Notes: generated by a model not told the origin, from the sequence alone. Positions 47,112 to 55,373 are shown, counted from the stretch's first letter. The stretch: DNA of 64,000 nucleotides from Candidatus Gastranaerophilales bacterium (GCA_944322895.1 CALUQL010000001.1:7195-71194); one strand, 5' to 3'. Made by a program: numbers and translations.

Positions 47112-47837
47112 ATGAAAGAGTTTGAAAATAAAGTAATTATAGTAACAGGCGGAGCTTCTGGGATAGGAAAATCCATCTGTGAAGAATTTAATAAAGCGAA
47201 TGCAAAAGTTGTAATTATAGATAAAAAAGAGCCCGATATCCCCTGCGATTTTTTCTATAAAGGCGATATAACAGAAAAAGATGTAATAATTGATTTCACT
47301 CAAAAAGTCATAGAAAAATACAAAAATGTTGATTTTATTATAAACAACGCAGGATTATCAAAAGGCGGACTTCTTTCTTGCGATTTAGATGATTTTCTAT
47401 ACGTGCAGAAACTAAGCCTGTTTGCGCCATTTGCCCTAGTGAAGCTATTTTTAAATAACCTAAACGATAATGCAGTAATTATAAATATTTCCTCAACAAG
47501 GGCATTTCAATCGCAAGCAGATTGGGAAAGCTATTCAGCAGCAAAAGGCGGAATAATTTCATTAACTCATGCAATGGCAGTAACCTTGAAAGGAAAAGCA
47601 AGAGTCAACTCAATTTCTCCGGGGTGGATTGATACAATAGGCTATAATTTTTCGCCCTCAGATATTACACAGCACCCGTCTAATTGCATAGGCGAGCCTG
47701 TTGATATTGCAAACGCTGTTTTGTTCTTATGTTCAAACAAATCAAAATTTATAACAGGTGAAAACATCGTAATTGATGGCGGAATGAGTAAATTAATGGT
47801 TTATCATAATGATGAAGGTTGGACTTATTCAAACTAA
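47112..47837 (+). CDS. Short-chain dehydrogenase/reductase (SDR) family oxidoreductase
   Basis: VIIVTGGASGIGKSI (TGxxxGxG), NNAG and YSAAK (YxxxK). Confidence 0.8.
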   Translation: MKEFENKVIIVTGGASGIGKSICEEFNKANAKVVIIDKKEPDIPCDFFYKGDITEKDVIIDFTQKVIEKYKNVDFIINNAGLSKGGLLSCDLDDFLYVQKLSLFAPFALVKLFLNNLNDNAVIINISSTRAFQSQADWESYSAAKGGIISLTHAMAVTLKGKARVNSISPGWIDTIGYNFSPSDITQHPSNCIGEPVDIANAVLFLCSNKSKFITGENIVIDGGMSKLMVYHNDEGWTYSN

Positions 47838-47855
47838 ATAATAAGGCAAAAGGAA

Positions 47856-48689
47856 ATGACAAAGTTTGATTTACATATACATAGCAACTGTTCAGACGGT
47901 AGCGACACAGTAGACGAATTAGCAGAGAAAATAAAAAAAGCCGAAATAGAAATTTTTGCACTAACAGACCACGACACAGTGGAAGGCTGTAAACTAATGT
48001 CTGAAAAATTTGAAAAAGGATTTATAAAAGGCATAGAGCTAACCTGTCTTTTAGAAGATATAAAATGCCATATTTTAGGCTACGGCATAGATATTGAAAA
48101 CCCCAAACTAAAAGCTCTGATTGAAAAAGGTAAAATTTTAAGACGTAAGAAACTTGAAACCCGAATTCACTACCTAAAAGATACTTGGGATTTTGAATTT
48201 ACAAAAGAAGAACTGGATTGGCTGTATTCAAGAAAGAGCGTAGTAAAAACACATTTGGCAAATATTTTGGTTAAAAGAGGGCTTGCCGAAAATAACATTG
48301 CCGCAATGGAAAAATATTTAAACGGATGTAAAACAGGCAATACAAGATTTGACGGTAAAGAAGCAATAGAAACAATACAACAAGCAGGCGGAATAGCAGT
48401 TTGGGCTCACCCTTTGGGCGGAGAAGGTGAAAAACATCTTGCTTTCGATGCTTTTATTCCCAAACTTGAAAAAATGCTTAAATATAATATTCAAGGTCTG
48501 GAATGTTATTACTCTCGCTATAATAAGGAAGAAATAAAATTCCTTACAGACTGCGCTGAAAAATATAACCTGTACACAACGGGCGGAAGCGACTACCACG
48601 GAACAAATAAAAATATTCCGTTAACTAAACTAAATACAGATAATACCCCCGTTGAACTTGAAGTATTGAATTTTCCTAAAATATATTAG
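47856..48689 (+). CDS. PHP-domain metal-dependent phosphoesterase (TrpH/YciV-like)
   Basis: FDLHIHSNCSDGSDT, FALTDHDT, WAHP and GGSDYHG motifs. Confidence 0.75.
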   Translation: MTKFDLHIHSNCSDGSDTVDELAEKIKKAEIEIFALTDHDTVEGCKLMSEKFEKGFIKGIELTCLLEDIKCHILGYGIDIENPKLKALIEKGKILRRKKLETRIHYLKDTWDFEFTKEELDWLYSRKSVVKTHLANILVKRGLAENNIAAMEKYLNGCKTGNTRFDGKEAIETIQQAGGIAVWAHPLGGEGEKHLAFDAFIPKLEKMLKYNIQGLECYYSRYNKEEIKFLTDCAEKYNLYTTGGSDYHGTNKNIPLTKLNTDNTPVELEVLNFPKIY

Positions 48690-49129
48690 TTATTCTCTTT
48701 TAAGAAACTCAAAACCTCATCAACATGACCTTTAACTTTTACTTTTCGCCATTCTTTTTGAATGTTGCCATTTTCGTCCAAAATAAAAGTAGAGCGTTCA
48801 ATGCCCATATATTTTTTGCCATACATAGATTTTTCTTTCCAAACGGCAAATTTTTCAGCTAAGGTATGCTCAGTGTCAGATAACAGAATAAAATTCAAAC
48901 TTTGTTTTTCTCTAAACTTTAAATGACTCTTAATGCTGTCAGGACTAACGCCAATAACAACAGCATAATTAATTAGCCTGTTAAAACTGTCTCTAAAATC
49001 GCAAGCTTCTTGAGTGCAACCCGCAGTATTATCCTTAGGATAGAAATATAAAACAACCCTCTTACCTAAAAACTCATCTAAATTATATGTTTGCTCAACC
49101 CCGTTTTCATTAATTCCTAATATACTCAT
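48686..49129 (-). CDS. bcp: Thiol peroxidase / peroxiredoxin Bcp
   Basis: VVLYFYPKDNTAGCTQEACDFRD (peroxidatic Cys context of the Bcp/PrxQ family). Length is 147 aa. Confidence 0.85.
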   Translation of the reverse strand: MSILGINENGVEQTYNLDEFLGKRVVLYFYPKDNTAGCTQEACDFRDSFNRLINYAVVIGVSPDSIKSHLKFREKQSLNFILLSDTEHTLAEKFAVWKEKSMYGKKYMGIERSTFILDENGNIQKEWRKVKVKGHVDEVLSFLKENN

Positions 49130-49260
49130 TTCGTTTCCTTTTAACTAATTATCTTATTTTATAAAATAACGTATACAATATTATGTATATAATTTCAAGT
49201 GAATAACTTAACTATTTAAATTTATAGAAGCATTTACAAACTTCCCAAAGTCATTATTTA

Positions 49261-49269
49261 TGCTAATAT
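49261..49269 (+). promoter_or_regulatory. Candidate extended -10 promoter (TGcTAATAT) for the methyltransferase operon
   Basis: TGnTAATAT lies 25 nt upstream of the ATG at 49294, with a GAGGG SD in between. Confidence 0.4.
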
Positions 49270-49293
49270 TGAATATAATAGTGAGGGTTAGTT

Positions 49294-51354
49294 ATGGAAA
49301 AGATTATTGCTGAAATCAAACGACTTAGTTTGTTTAATCAAGAAGAGCAACAAAGATTAATAGATAAATTAAGTAAAAATGATAAGGGAAAAACTATTGT
49401 TGAATGTTTGGTTCGAAAAACTGACATAATATTAACCCCAGAAGAAGCTGTAAGGCAACTATTTTTAGATAGATTAATAAATGAATACAAATATCCTGTA
49501 TCTAGGATTAAATTAGAACATGCTATTCATTTCGGTCGTGAAGTAAAGCGAGCAGATATTGTAATTTTTGAAAAAGAACGCCCTACTACAGAATACATAA
49601 TTATTGAACTAAAGAAATCAAAAGAAAAAGATGGTAAAGAACAATTACGAAGTTATTGTAATGCAACTGGTGCAACAATGTCTGTATGGACTAATGGAAC
49701 TCAAATAACATTTTTTAATAGAAAAGACCCTAATTATTTTGAAGAAATTCCAAATATTCCAACAGAAAGCCAATCGTTAAAAGATATTTTAGACGAACCT
49801 TTTACATTAAAAGACTTAATTATAAAAGATAAAATTCTAAAAGAAGGAAAATCTTTAAGACAAATTATTGAAAATATGGAAGATGAAGTTCTTGCAAATG
49901 CTGGTGTAGATGTATTTGAAGAGTGTTTCAAACTTATTTTTACAAAGTTATACGATGAAAGTTTAAGTAAAAAAGATAAAGAAATTATAACCTATGATGT
50001 TGACAGAAATTGTGAATGTGAATCATTGGCAGATTTAGAATATAAAGAATACATAGAATTGGTAAAAGAAGTTAATGATAAAAAATTTAGACAACTTGAA
50101 TTTAGAAATAAAGGCGAAACCGATTTAGAACTGAAAAAGAAAATTCAAAAACTTTTTGATGGTGCTAAAACAAAATGGAAAGGTGTTTTCACTGAAGATG
50201 CAAAAATAAACCTTTCTCCATCGCATTTATCAGTTTGTGTTTCTAGTATTCAAGATATTAAATTATTTAATTCAAATCTTCAAATCATAGATGAGGCATT
50301 TGAATATCTAATTAATAAATCTTCTAAAGGTGAAAAAGGGCAATATTTTACTCCACGCCACGTAATTGATATGTGTGTAAAAATGTTGAATCCGCAAAAA
50401 GGTGAATATATGATAGATACCGCCTCTGGGTCTTGCGGATTCCCTGTTCATACAATCTTCAAAATTACTGGTAAATTATTCTCAAATGCTGATATTCCAG
50501 ATGAAGAAAAAGAGAATGTTTTAAAGATTTTTGGTATTGATTTTGATGAGAAAGCTGTTCGTGTTGCAAGAACTTTAAACTTAATTGCAGGAGATGGTAA
50601 TACAAATGTTTTACATTTAAATACTCTTGATTATGATAGATGGAAAAATACGATAGAATCTCTTGAATGGTATGATACATACGGGGAAGGTATAAAAAGA
50701 TTAAAGAAACTACAAAAAGATAAAGAATCTTATAAGGAATTTAATTTTGATATATTGATGGCAAATCCACCTTTTGCAGGTGATATAAAGGAACAAACTA
50801 TTCTTGCAAAATATGATTTAGCTTTTAAAGATGAAGAAAAAAATAAGATGAAATCTAAAGTTGGTAGAGATATTTTATTTATCGAAAGAAACTTAGATTT
50901 TGTACGACCTGGTGGAAGGCTTGCAATAGTACTACCACAGGGAAGATTTAATAATACATCTGATAAAGATATAAGAGAGTATATTGCACAAAAAGCAAGA
51001 ATTCTTGCAGTAGTAGGTTTGGATGTAAATACATTCAAACCTCACACAGGAACAAAAACAAGTGTGATTTTTTTACAAAAATGGAATGACGACGACAGTG
51101 AACCTAAATACTATTGTCCAAAAGTAGAAGACTATCCTATCTTTTTTGCAGTATCTGAAAAAAGCGGGAAAGATAACTCTGGAGAATATATTTATACAAA
51201 AGATGAAAATGGTCGGTTAAAGCTTGATAAGCATGGACATTTTGTGCTGGAACATGACCTTCACAATCACAATGGAGACTTGCCAGATGGTATAGCAGAA
51301 GCATTTATTGATTTTGCAAAATCTGAAAAACTTTCTTTCTGGAGTGAAGAGTAA
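49294..51354 (+). CDS. N6-adenine DNA methyltransferase (gamma-class, HsdM-like) fused to an N-terminal HsdR_N-type PD-(D/E)xK nuclease-like domain
   Basis: N-terminal block EEAVRQLFLDRLINEYKYP..KRADIVIFEK..EYIIIELKK (D..ExK). SAM motif IDTASGSCGF and catalytic motif MANPPFAG. Confidence 0.8.
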   Translation: MEKIIAEIKRLSLFNQEEQQRLIDKLSKNDKGKTIVECLVRKTDIILTPEEAVRQLFLDRLINEYKYPVSRIKLEHAIHFGREVKRADIVIFEKERPTTEYIIIELKKSKEKDGKEQLRSYCNATGATMSVWTNGTQITFFNRKDPNYFEEIPNIPTESQSLKDILDEPFTLKDLIIKDKILKEGKSLRQIIENMEDEVLANAGVDVFEECFKLIFTKLYDESLSKKDKEIITYDVDRNCECESLADLEYKEYIELVKEVNDKKFRQLEFRNKGETDLELKKKIQKLFDGAKTKWKGVFTEDAKINLSPSHLSVCVSSIQDIKLFNSNLQIIDEAFEYLINKSSKGEKGQYFTPRHVIDMCVKMLNPQKGEYMIDTASGSCGFPVHTIFKITGKLFSNADIPDEEKENVLKIFGIDFDEKAVRVARTLNLIAGDGNTNVLHLNTLDYDRWKNTIESLEWYDTYGEGIKRLKKLQKDKESYKEFNFDILMANPPFAGDIKEQTILAKYDLAFKDEEKNKMKSKVGRDILFIERNLDFVRPGGRLAIVLPQGRFNNTSDKDIREYIAQKARILAVVGLDVNTFKPHTGTKTSVIFLQKWNDDDSEPKYYCPKVEDYPIFFAVSEKSGKDNSGEYIYTKDENGRLKLDKHGHFVLEHDLHNHNGDLPDGIAEAFIDFAKSEKLSFWSEE

Positions 51355-52766
51355 TGAGATTTACTATTGAACAATTATCAAATATAAAAGCAAGATTCGA
51401 TTCAAGAATAGATGCTGAATTTTATCAACCTTTATATAAAGAAATGGATAAATTATTAAAAAAGAAAAATCCTAAAGCATTATCGGAATTGGCTATAAAA
51501 ATTACAGATGGAACACATTTTACTCCGTCATACAAATCATTGGGTACTCCCTTTTTGTCCGCTATTAACGTAAAAGAAAATTTCTTAGATATTAATTGTG
51601 GATTTCAATTTATATCCAAAGAAGAACATCAAATATTATATAAAAGATGTGCACCAGTTGCTGGAGATATTTTGCTGAGAAAAGTAGGAGTAGGTCCACG
51701 TTATGCAACTGTGATACCAAAAGATATTTTTGAATTTAGTCTTTTTGTAAGTGTAGCACTTTTAAAAATAACAAATATTAATTCATACTATTTATCTACA
51801 TTTATAAATTCAAAATATGGACAACTTCAATTACTAAGATTTAATAAGGGGATAAGCCAGCCTGATTTACATTTGGAAGACATTGCTACTTTACAAGTGC
51901 CAATACTTAGTATTTATTTTCAAAATAACATAGAAACAATTATAGAAAAAAGCAATAAATATGAAAAAATGGCAAAAAATTATTTAGATAGTTCAAATGT
52001 AATATTGGCAAAAGAATTGCGTCTTGAAGATATTAAATTATATAAAGAACTTACGTTTTCAATTAAAAATTATTCTGATGTTAAAGACGCAAATCGCTTT
52101 GATGCAGAATATTTCCAGCCTAAATATGATGAAACTATTAAATCAATAAAAAATTATTTTAATGGATATGCTAAATTAAAAAATATAGCAAAAATAAAAG
52201 ATGTTAATTTTATACCAAAATCTAAAGAAGAATATAAATATATTGAATTAGCTAATATTGCAAAAAGTGGAGAAATTAATGATTGTACATTAGATTTCGG
52301 TGAAAATTTACCAACTAGAGCTAGACGAATTGTTTCAACTGGTGATGTGCTAGTTTCCTCTATTGAGGGTTCATTAGATAGTGTTGCATTAATAACCAGT
52401 GACAATAATAACTCTCTTTGTTCAACAGGTTTTTATGTTATAACTTCAAATTCTATTAATTCAGAAACATTATTTTGTTTAATGAAATCTGAATTTATAC
52501 AAATGCAGTTAAAAAGAGGCTGTAGTGGAACTATTTTAACTGCAATAAACAAAGATGAGTTTGAAAGTATAATCTTGCCAAGAATAAATGATAATGTACA
52601 AATTCAAATTAAAGAAAATATACAAGAAATGTATAAATTAAAACGTCAATCCAAACAACTTTTAGAAATAGCAAAAAGAGGGGTCGAAATTGCAATAGAG
52701 CAAGATGAAGATATTGCAACAAATTGGATTAATCAAGAATTGCAAAAAATAGGAGTTGAATTATAA
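51354..52766 (+). CDS. hsdS: Restriction-modification specificity subunit (HsdS-like, two target-recognition domains)
   Basis: Internal duplication is visible: RIDAEFYQPLYKE at the N-terminus and RFDAEYFQPKYDE mid-protein, each followed by a variable region and a helical spacer. The start overlaps the methyltransferase stop (TAATG). Confidence 0.8.
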   Translation: MRFTIEQLSNIKARFDSRIDAEFYQPLYKEMDKLLKKKNPKALSELAIKITDGTHFTPSYKSLGTPFLSAINVKENFLDINCGFQFISKEEHQILYKRCAPVAGDILLRKVGVGPRYATVIPKDIFEFSLFVSVALLKITNINSYYLSTFINSKYGQLQLLRFNKGISQPDLHLEDIATLQVPILSIYFQNNIETIIEKSNKYEKMAKNYLDSSNVILAKELRLEDIKLYKELTFSIKNYSDVKDANRFDAEYFQPKYDETIKSIKNYFNGYAKLKNIAKIKDVNFIPKSKEEYKYIELANIAKSGEINDCTLDFGENLPTRARRIVSTGDVLVSSIEGSLDSVALITSDNNNSLCSTGFYVITSNSINSETLFCLMKSEFIQMQLKRGCSGTILTAINKDEFESIILPRINDNVQIQIKENIQEMYKLKRQSKQLLEIAKRGVEIAIEQDEDIATNWINQELQKIGVEL

Positions 52767-53356
52767 TGCCAGAATACAAAAAAGAATGGATGCAAAAAGC
52801 AAATATAGATTATTTTTCTCCCTTTGTATCATTGTGGCTTGGCTTTAATTCTTGGTTTCGTTCTCATTATTGTGAAATAGAACCTAAAAATGATAGAAAT
52901 TTTATTAATACTCTAAAGACAGATACTTCTGCTCGTAACAAAATTTTGGGAAATTTTAAAAATTTAATGTCAGAAGACAAAATAAAAGAAAATATCAGAT
53001 TTAAATCAGATCTAGAATCTTTAATTTACTCTTTAAATCGAGTTGATTTAAGAAACCCTGATCAAAGTAAATATAAACAAGTTATAAAATTCGAAACAGC
53101 ACTAATTGATTATGCTCGTAAAGATGACAATTCAGCATACATAAATCTTTTAAAAGAAAAAGGTGATAGAAATAAAATTCAACTAGATGAAAAATATGTT
53201 TTAGACGACTTAAATATATTATGTGCTGGATTAATTGAAATTCTATATCAAATTAGATGTTTACTAATTCATGGTAATTTAGAACCTGAAGAAGAAAATC
53301 ACGAAGTAATAAAATATTGTTATTTTATATTGTATGCATTAATGGATGAATCGTAA
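52766..53356 (+). CDS. Putative HEPN-domain protein, translationally coupled to hsdS
   Basis: 196 aa. C-terminal helix carries an Rx4H motif (YQIRCLLIHGNL). The start overlaps the hsdS stop (TAATG), with AGGAG 10 nt upstream. Confidence 0.45.
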   Translation: MPEYKKEWMQKANIDYFSPFVSLWLGFNSWFRSHYCEIEPKNDRNFINTLKTDTSARNKILGNFKNLMSEDKIKENIRFKSDLESLIYSLNRVDLRNPDQSKYKQVIKFETALIDYARKDDNSAYINLLKEKGDRNKIQLDEKYVLDDLNILCAGLIEILYQIRCLLIHGNLEPEEENHEVIKYCYFILYALMDES

Positions 53357-53427
53357 AAATTAATTATTTAAATTGATAATAAGGAAAATGAAAAATTTGT
53401 TTTCTAAAATTATGTTAAAGATTTTTC

Positions 53428-53436
53428 TGCTATAAT
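53428..53436 (+). promoter_or_regulatory. Candidate extended -10 promoter (TGcTATAAT) for the second HEPN gene
   Basis: Consensus TGnTATAAT lies 54 nt upstream of the ATG at 53490. Confidence 0.45.
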
Positions 53437-53489
53437 TGTCGTATATTAAATTATCAATTAAATTTAAAAAAGTAATATGTAGGTAGTAA

Positions 53490-54176
53490 ATGACAAGCAT
53501 AAATCGAGTAATAATAAATATAAAAAGTGCAGCGAATATTTTAGTAGCAAATATAAATAATAATTATACAGGTCCTTGGGATAATAATTTCGTTAAATCT
53601 ATTTGTTTGAATATTAATGAATTAGCTTTTGATATTAGAAATAAAAATCCTCAATTGTACAGTGATTTACAAAATATTAAATCTAATTTATTTTTTGGAG
53701 CAAACTTTATCAATGTATACACTTTAGGACGACTTGTTCAACTATTGCGAAGCTATGATTATTTGAGTACAAACGATTTTTGGCAATTTGCACACCCAAG
53801 AATAATTGAACTATCTAAAAATAAATTTGAGGATGGATATTTTTCGGATGCCGTACAAACGGCGTTTGTTGAAATATGTTCAATAGTTCGTAAGTATAGA
53901 GAAGAACAAAAGCTACCTGAAATAAAAGGTGATAAAGATATGCTTTACAACACATTTTCAACTTTAAAAGTTTTACAATTTACAGATTCATCAACTACAA
54001 GTTTAAAAAATATCCAAGAAGGATATGAGAAAATCTTTCCTGGTATCATTCAGGCAATACGAAATCCAAATGCCCATAGTAATATCAAAATGGAAAAAGC
54101 AGATGCTGCAAGAAAAATAATGATTGCAAGCGATTTAATGTTTATGTTAGATATTGCTTTAAACCATGAAAATTGA
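53490..54176 (+). CDS. HEPN-superfamily protein, C-terminal domain resembling the Ymh / TIGR02391-type family
   Basis: HPRIIELSKNKFEDGYFSDAVQTAFVEICSIVRKY and GIIQAIRNPNAHSNIKMEKADAARKIMIASDLMFMLD (RNPxAH = Rx4H). The N-terminal region of about 100 aa is unassigned. Confidence 0.55.
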   Translation: MTSINRVIINIKSAANILVANINNNYTGPWDNNFVKSICLNINELAFDIRNKNPQLYSDLQNIKSNLFFGANFINVYTLGRLVQLLRSYDYLSTNDFWQFAHPRIIELSKNKFEDGYFSDAVQTAFVEICSIVRKYREEQKLPEIKGDKDMLYNTFSTLKVLQFTDSSTTSLKNIQEGYEKIFPGIIQAIRNPNAHSNIKMEKADAARKIMIASDLMFMLDIALNHEN

Positions 54177-54913
54177 CAAATAGCTTCATTAATTTCATCT
54201 TTCGTAATTCGTGGTCTTTCTAGTGAATATAATATTGAGTTCTTAAAATATGTATTATAATAACGTATAGTCCACATTATTTTTTGTTTTACTTTTTTAT
54301 TATTTTTATATGTTCTAAGCATTTCTAAAAGATTATCTTTAAATGTTACATAATCAAAAGTGTCACAAAATTGAAAAACATTTAAAAATAATTCATTGTT
54401 TCTATCCTGCATAAGATAGCAATAACTATGGGGTTCAGAAACTTTTATTCTTACAAGTATTCTTGGAACTTTTGCTTTTTCTTCTTCTAATTGAACTGCT
54501 TCAACAAGACCTTTTCCATAAACAATAATCTTGTTATGAAAAAATTCTCCTTCAACAATAGCACCACGCATTAAATAGCCATAACGCAATATCTCATTAT
54601 AAATATTTGCTACTATATTAAATAATACAGCTATTTTGCTGTCTCTTTGTTCGTCAATTTCTTTTAATTCAATAGCAAGTAATATATTATCCGAAAATAT
54701 TTTTACAAATATTTCTTCTTTTTTTTTAAAAAGCCCACCACCTGCTTCTGAAATAGAATCCTCCATAAACATATTCAAGTGATTTAAGAAACTAAAATCA
54801 TCATCATTACAAATTATTTGTTTTACACCAAGTATATCCAAATATGCTATTAAGTATCTTGTTGCTTTATAATTAGTTTTCGGATATGAACATTCACCAC
54901 ATCGAAGAGTCAT
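54050..54913 (-). CDS. Palm-domain, class III nucleotidyl-cyclase-like protein with hydrophobic C-terminal tail (hypothetical)
   Basis: Motif order is YLIAYLDILGVKQ, then VKIFSDNILLAI, then MRGAIVEGEFF..VYGKGLVEAVQLEEEKAKVPRILV. This mimics the cyclase pattern xDIxGF .. GD .. RxGxxxG .. GxxVNxAxRLE. The last 42 codons overlap the convergent gene 53490-54176. Confidence 0.35.
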   Translation of the reverse strand: MTLRCGECSYPKTNYKATRYLIAYLDILGVKQIICNDDDFSFLNHLNMFMEDSISEAGGGLFKKKEEIFVKIFSDNILLAIELKEIDEQRDSKIAVLFNIVANIYNEILRYGYLMRGAIVEGEFFHNKIIVYGKGLVEAVQLEEEKAKVPRILVRIKVSEPHSYCYLMQDRNNELFLNVFQFCDTFDYVTFKDNLLEMLRTYKNNKKVKQKIMWTIRYYNTYFKNSILYSLERPRITKDEINEAICQFSWFKAISNINIKSLAIIIFLAASAFSILILLWAFGFRIA

Positions 54914-55252
54914 TTTTTCCCTTTCTATTTTATTGTAATTATATCAATAAGTTATTAACCTATATAGTTTTTATTACAATACAGATTAAATTTCTTTTCA
55001 AAATAATGTAAATATAAAAATATATTCAATAATATTTTCAAGAAGAAGAAATGTTTATTTTCTAAAATATTTTTTAATAGTGGAATATTTTATTATTACA
55101 TAATTATGATATCATATTATCTTTTTTACATTTTTATTCTTATTTACAGAGATTATTTTTAAGTTTACAGCACAATATTTATTTAAAAAACATCAATTAC
55201 ATTATATTGTAATTAAACATAACAAAATAAATCCACCTAAAAAATTGCAAAA

Positions 55253-55279
55253 TAAAAAAGGACCCGTGATGAAGTCCTT
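55253..55279 (-). terminator. Rho-independent terminator downstream of tRNA-Val
   Basis: On the minus strand: AAGGAC-ttcatcacgg-GTCCTT followed by TTTTATTTT. Confidence 0.55.
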
Positions 55280-55288
55280 GTGTTTAAA

Positions 55289-55364
55289 TGGTGGGCGTTA
55301 AGAGACTTGAACTCCTGACATCCTCCTTGTAAGGGAGGCGCTCTACCAACTGAGCTAAACGCCC
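55289..55364 (-). tRNA. tRNA-Val (anticodon UAC), CCA encoded
   Basis: The reverse complement folds by hand into a cloverleaf. Acceptor GGGCGTT/AACGCCC, D stem GCTC/GAGC, anticodon stem CCTCC/GGAGG with loop CTTACAA, T stem AGGAG/CTCTT with loop TTCAAGT, then a 3' ACCA. Length is 76 nt. Confidence 0.93.
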
Positions 55365-55373
55365 TCAGCAATT

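Noticed and set aside
53366-53465. Imperfect inverted repeat atttaaattgataat (53366-53380) / attatcaattaaattt (53450-53465) bracketing the HEPN-2 promoter region.
   Set aside because: It is pure A/T apart from one G:C pair and has a 1-nt indel. In this composition such matches are expected by chance. I mention it only as a possible operator if TSS data point there.
54914-55288. Possible integrative element at tRNA-Val: searched for an integrase, a transposase and a direct repeat of the tRNA 3' end at the far side of the defence islet (about 49130-49293).
   Set aside because: No recombinase-like ORF and no repeat of the tRNA 3' segment could be seen by eye. I therefore do not annotate a mobile element. 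A computational repeat search could still find a short att site.
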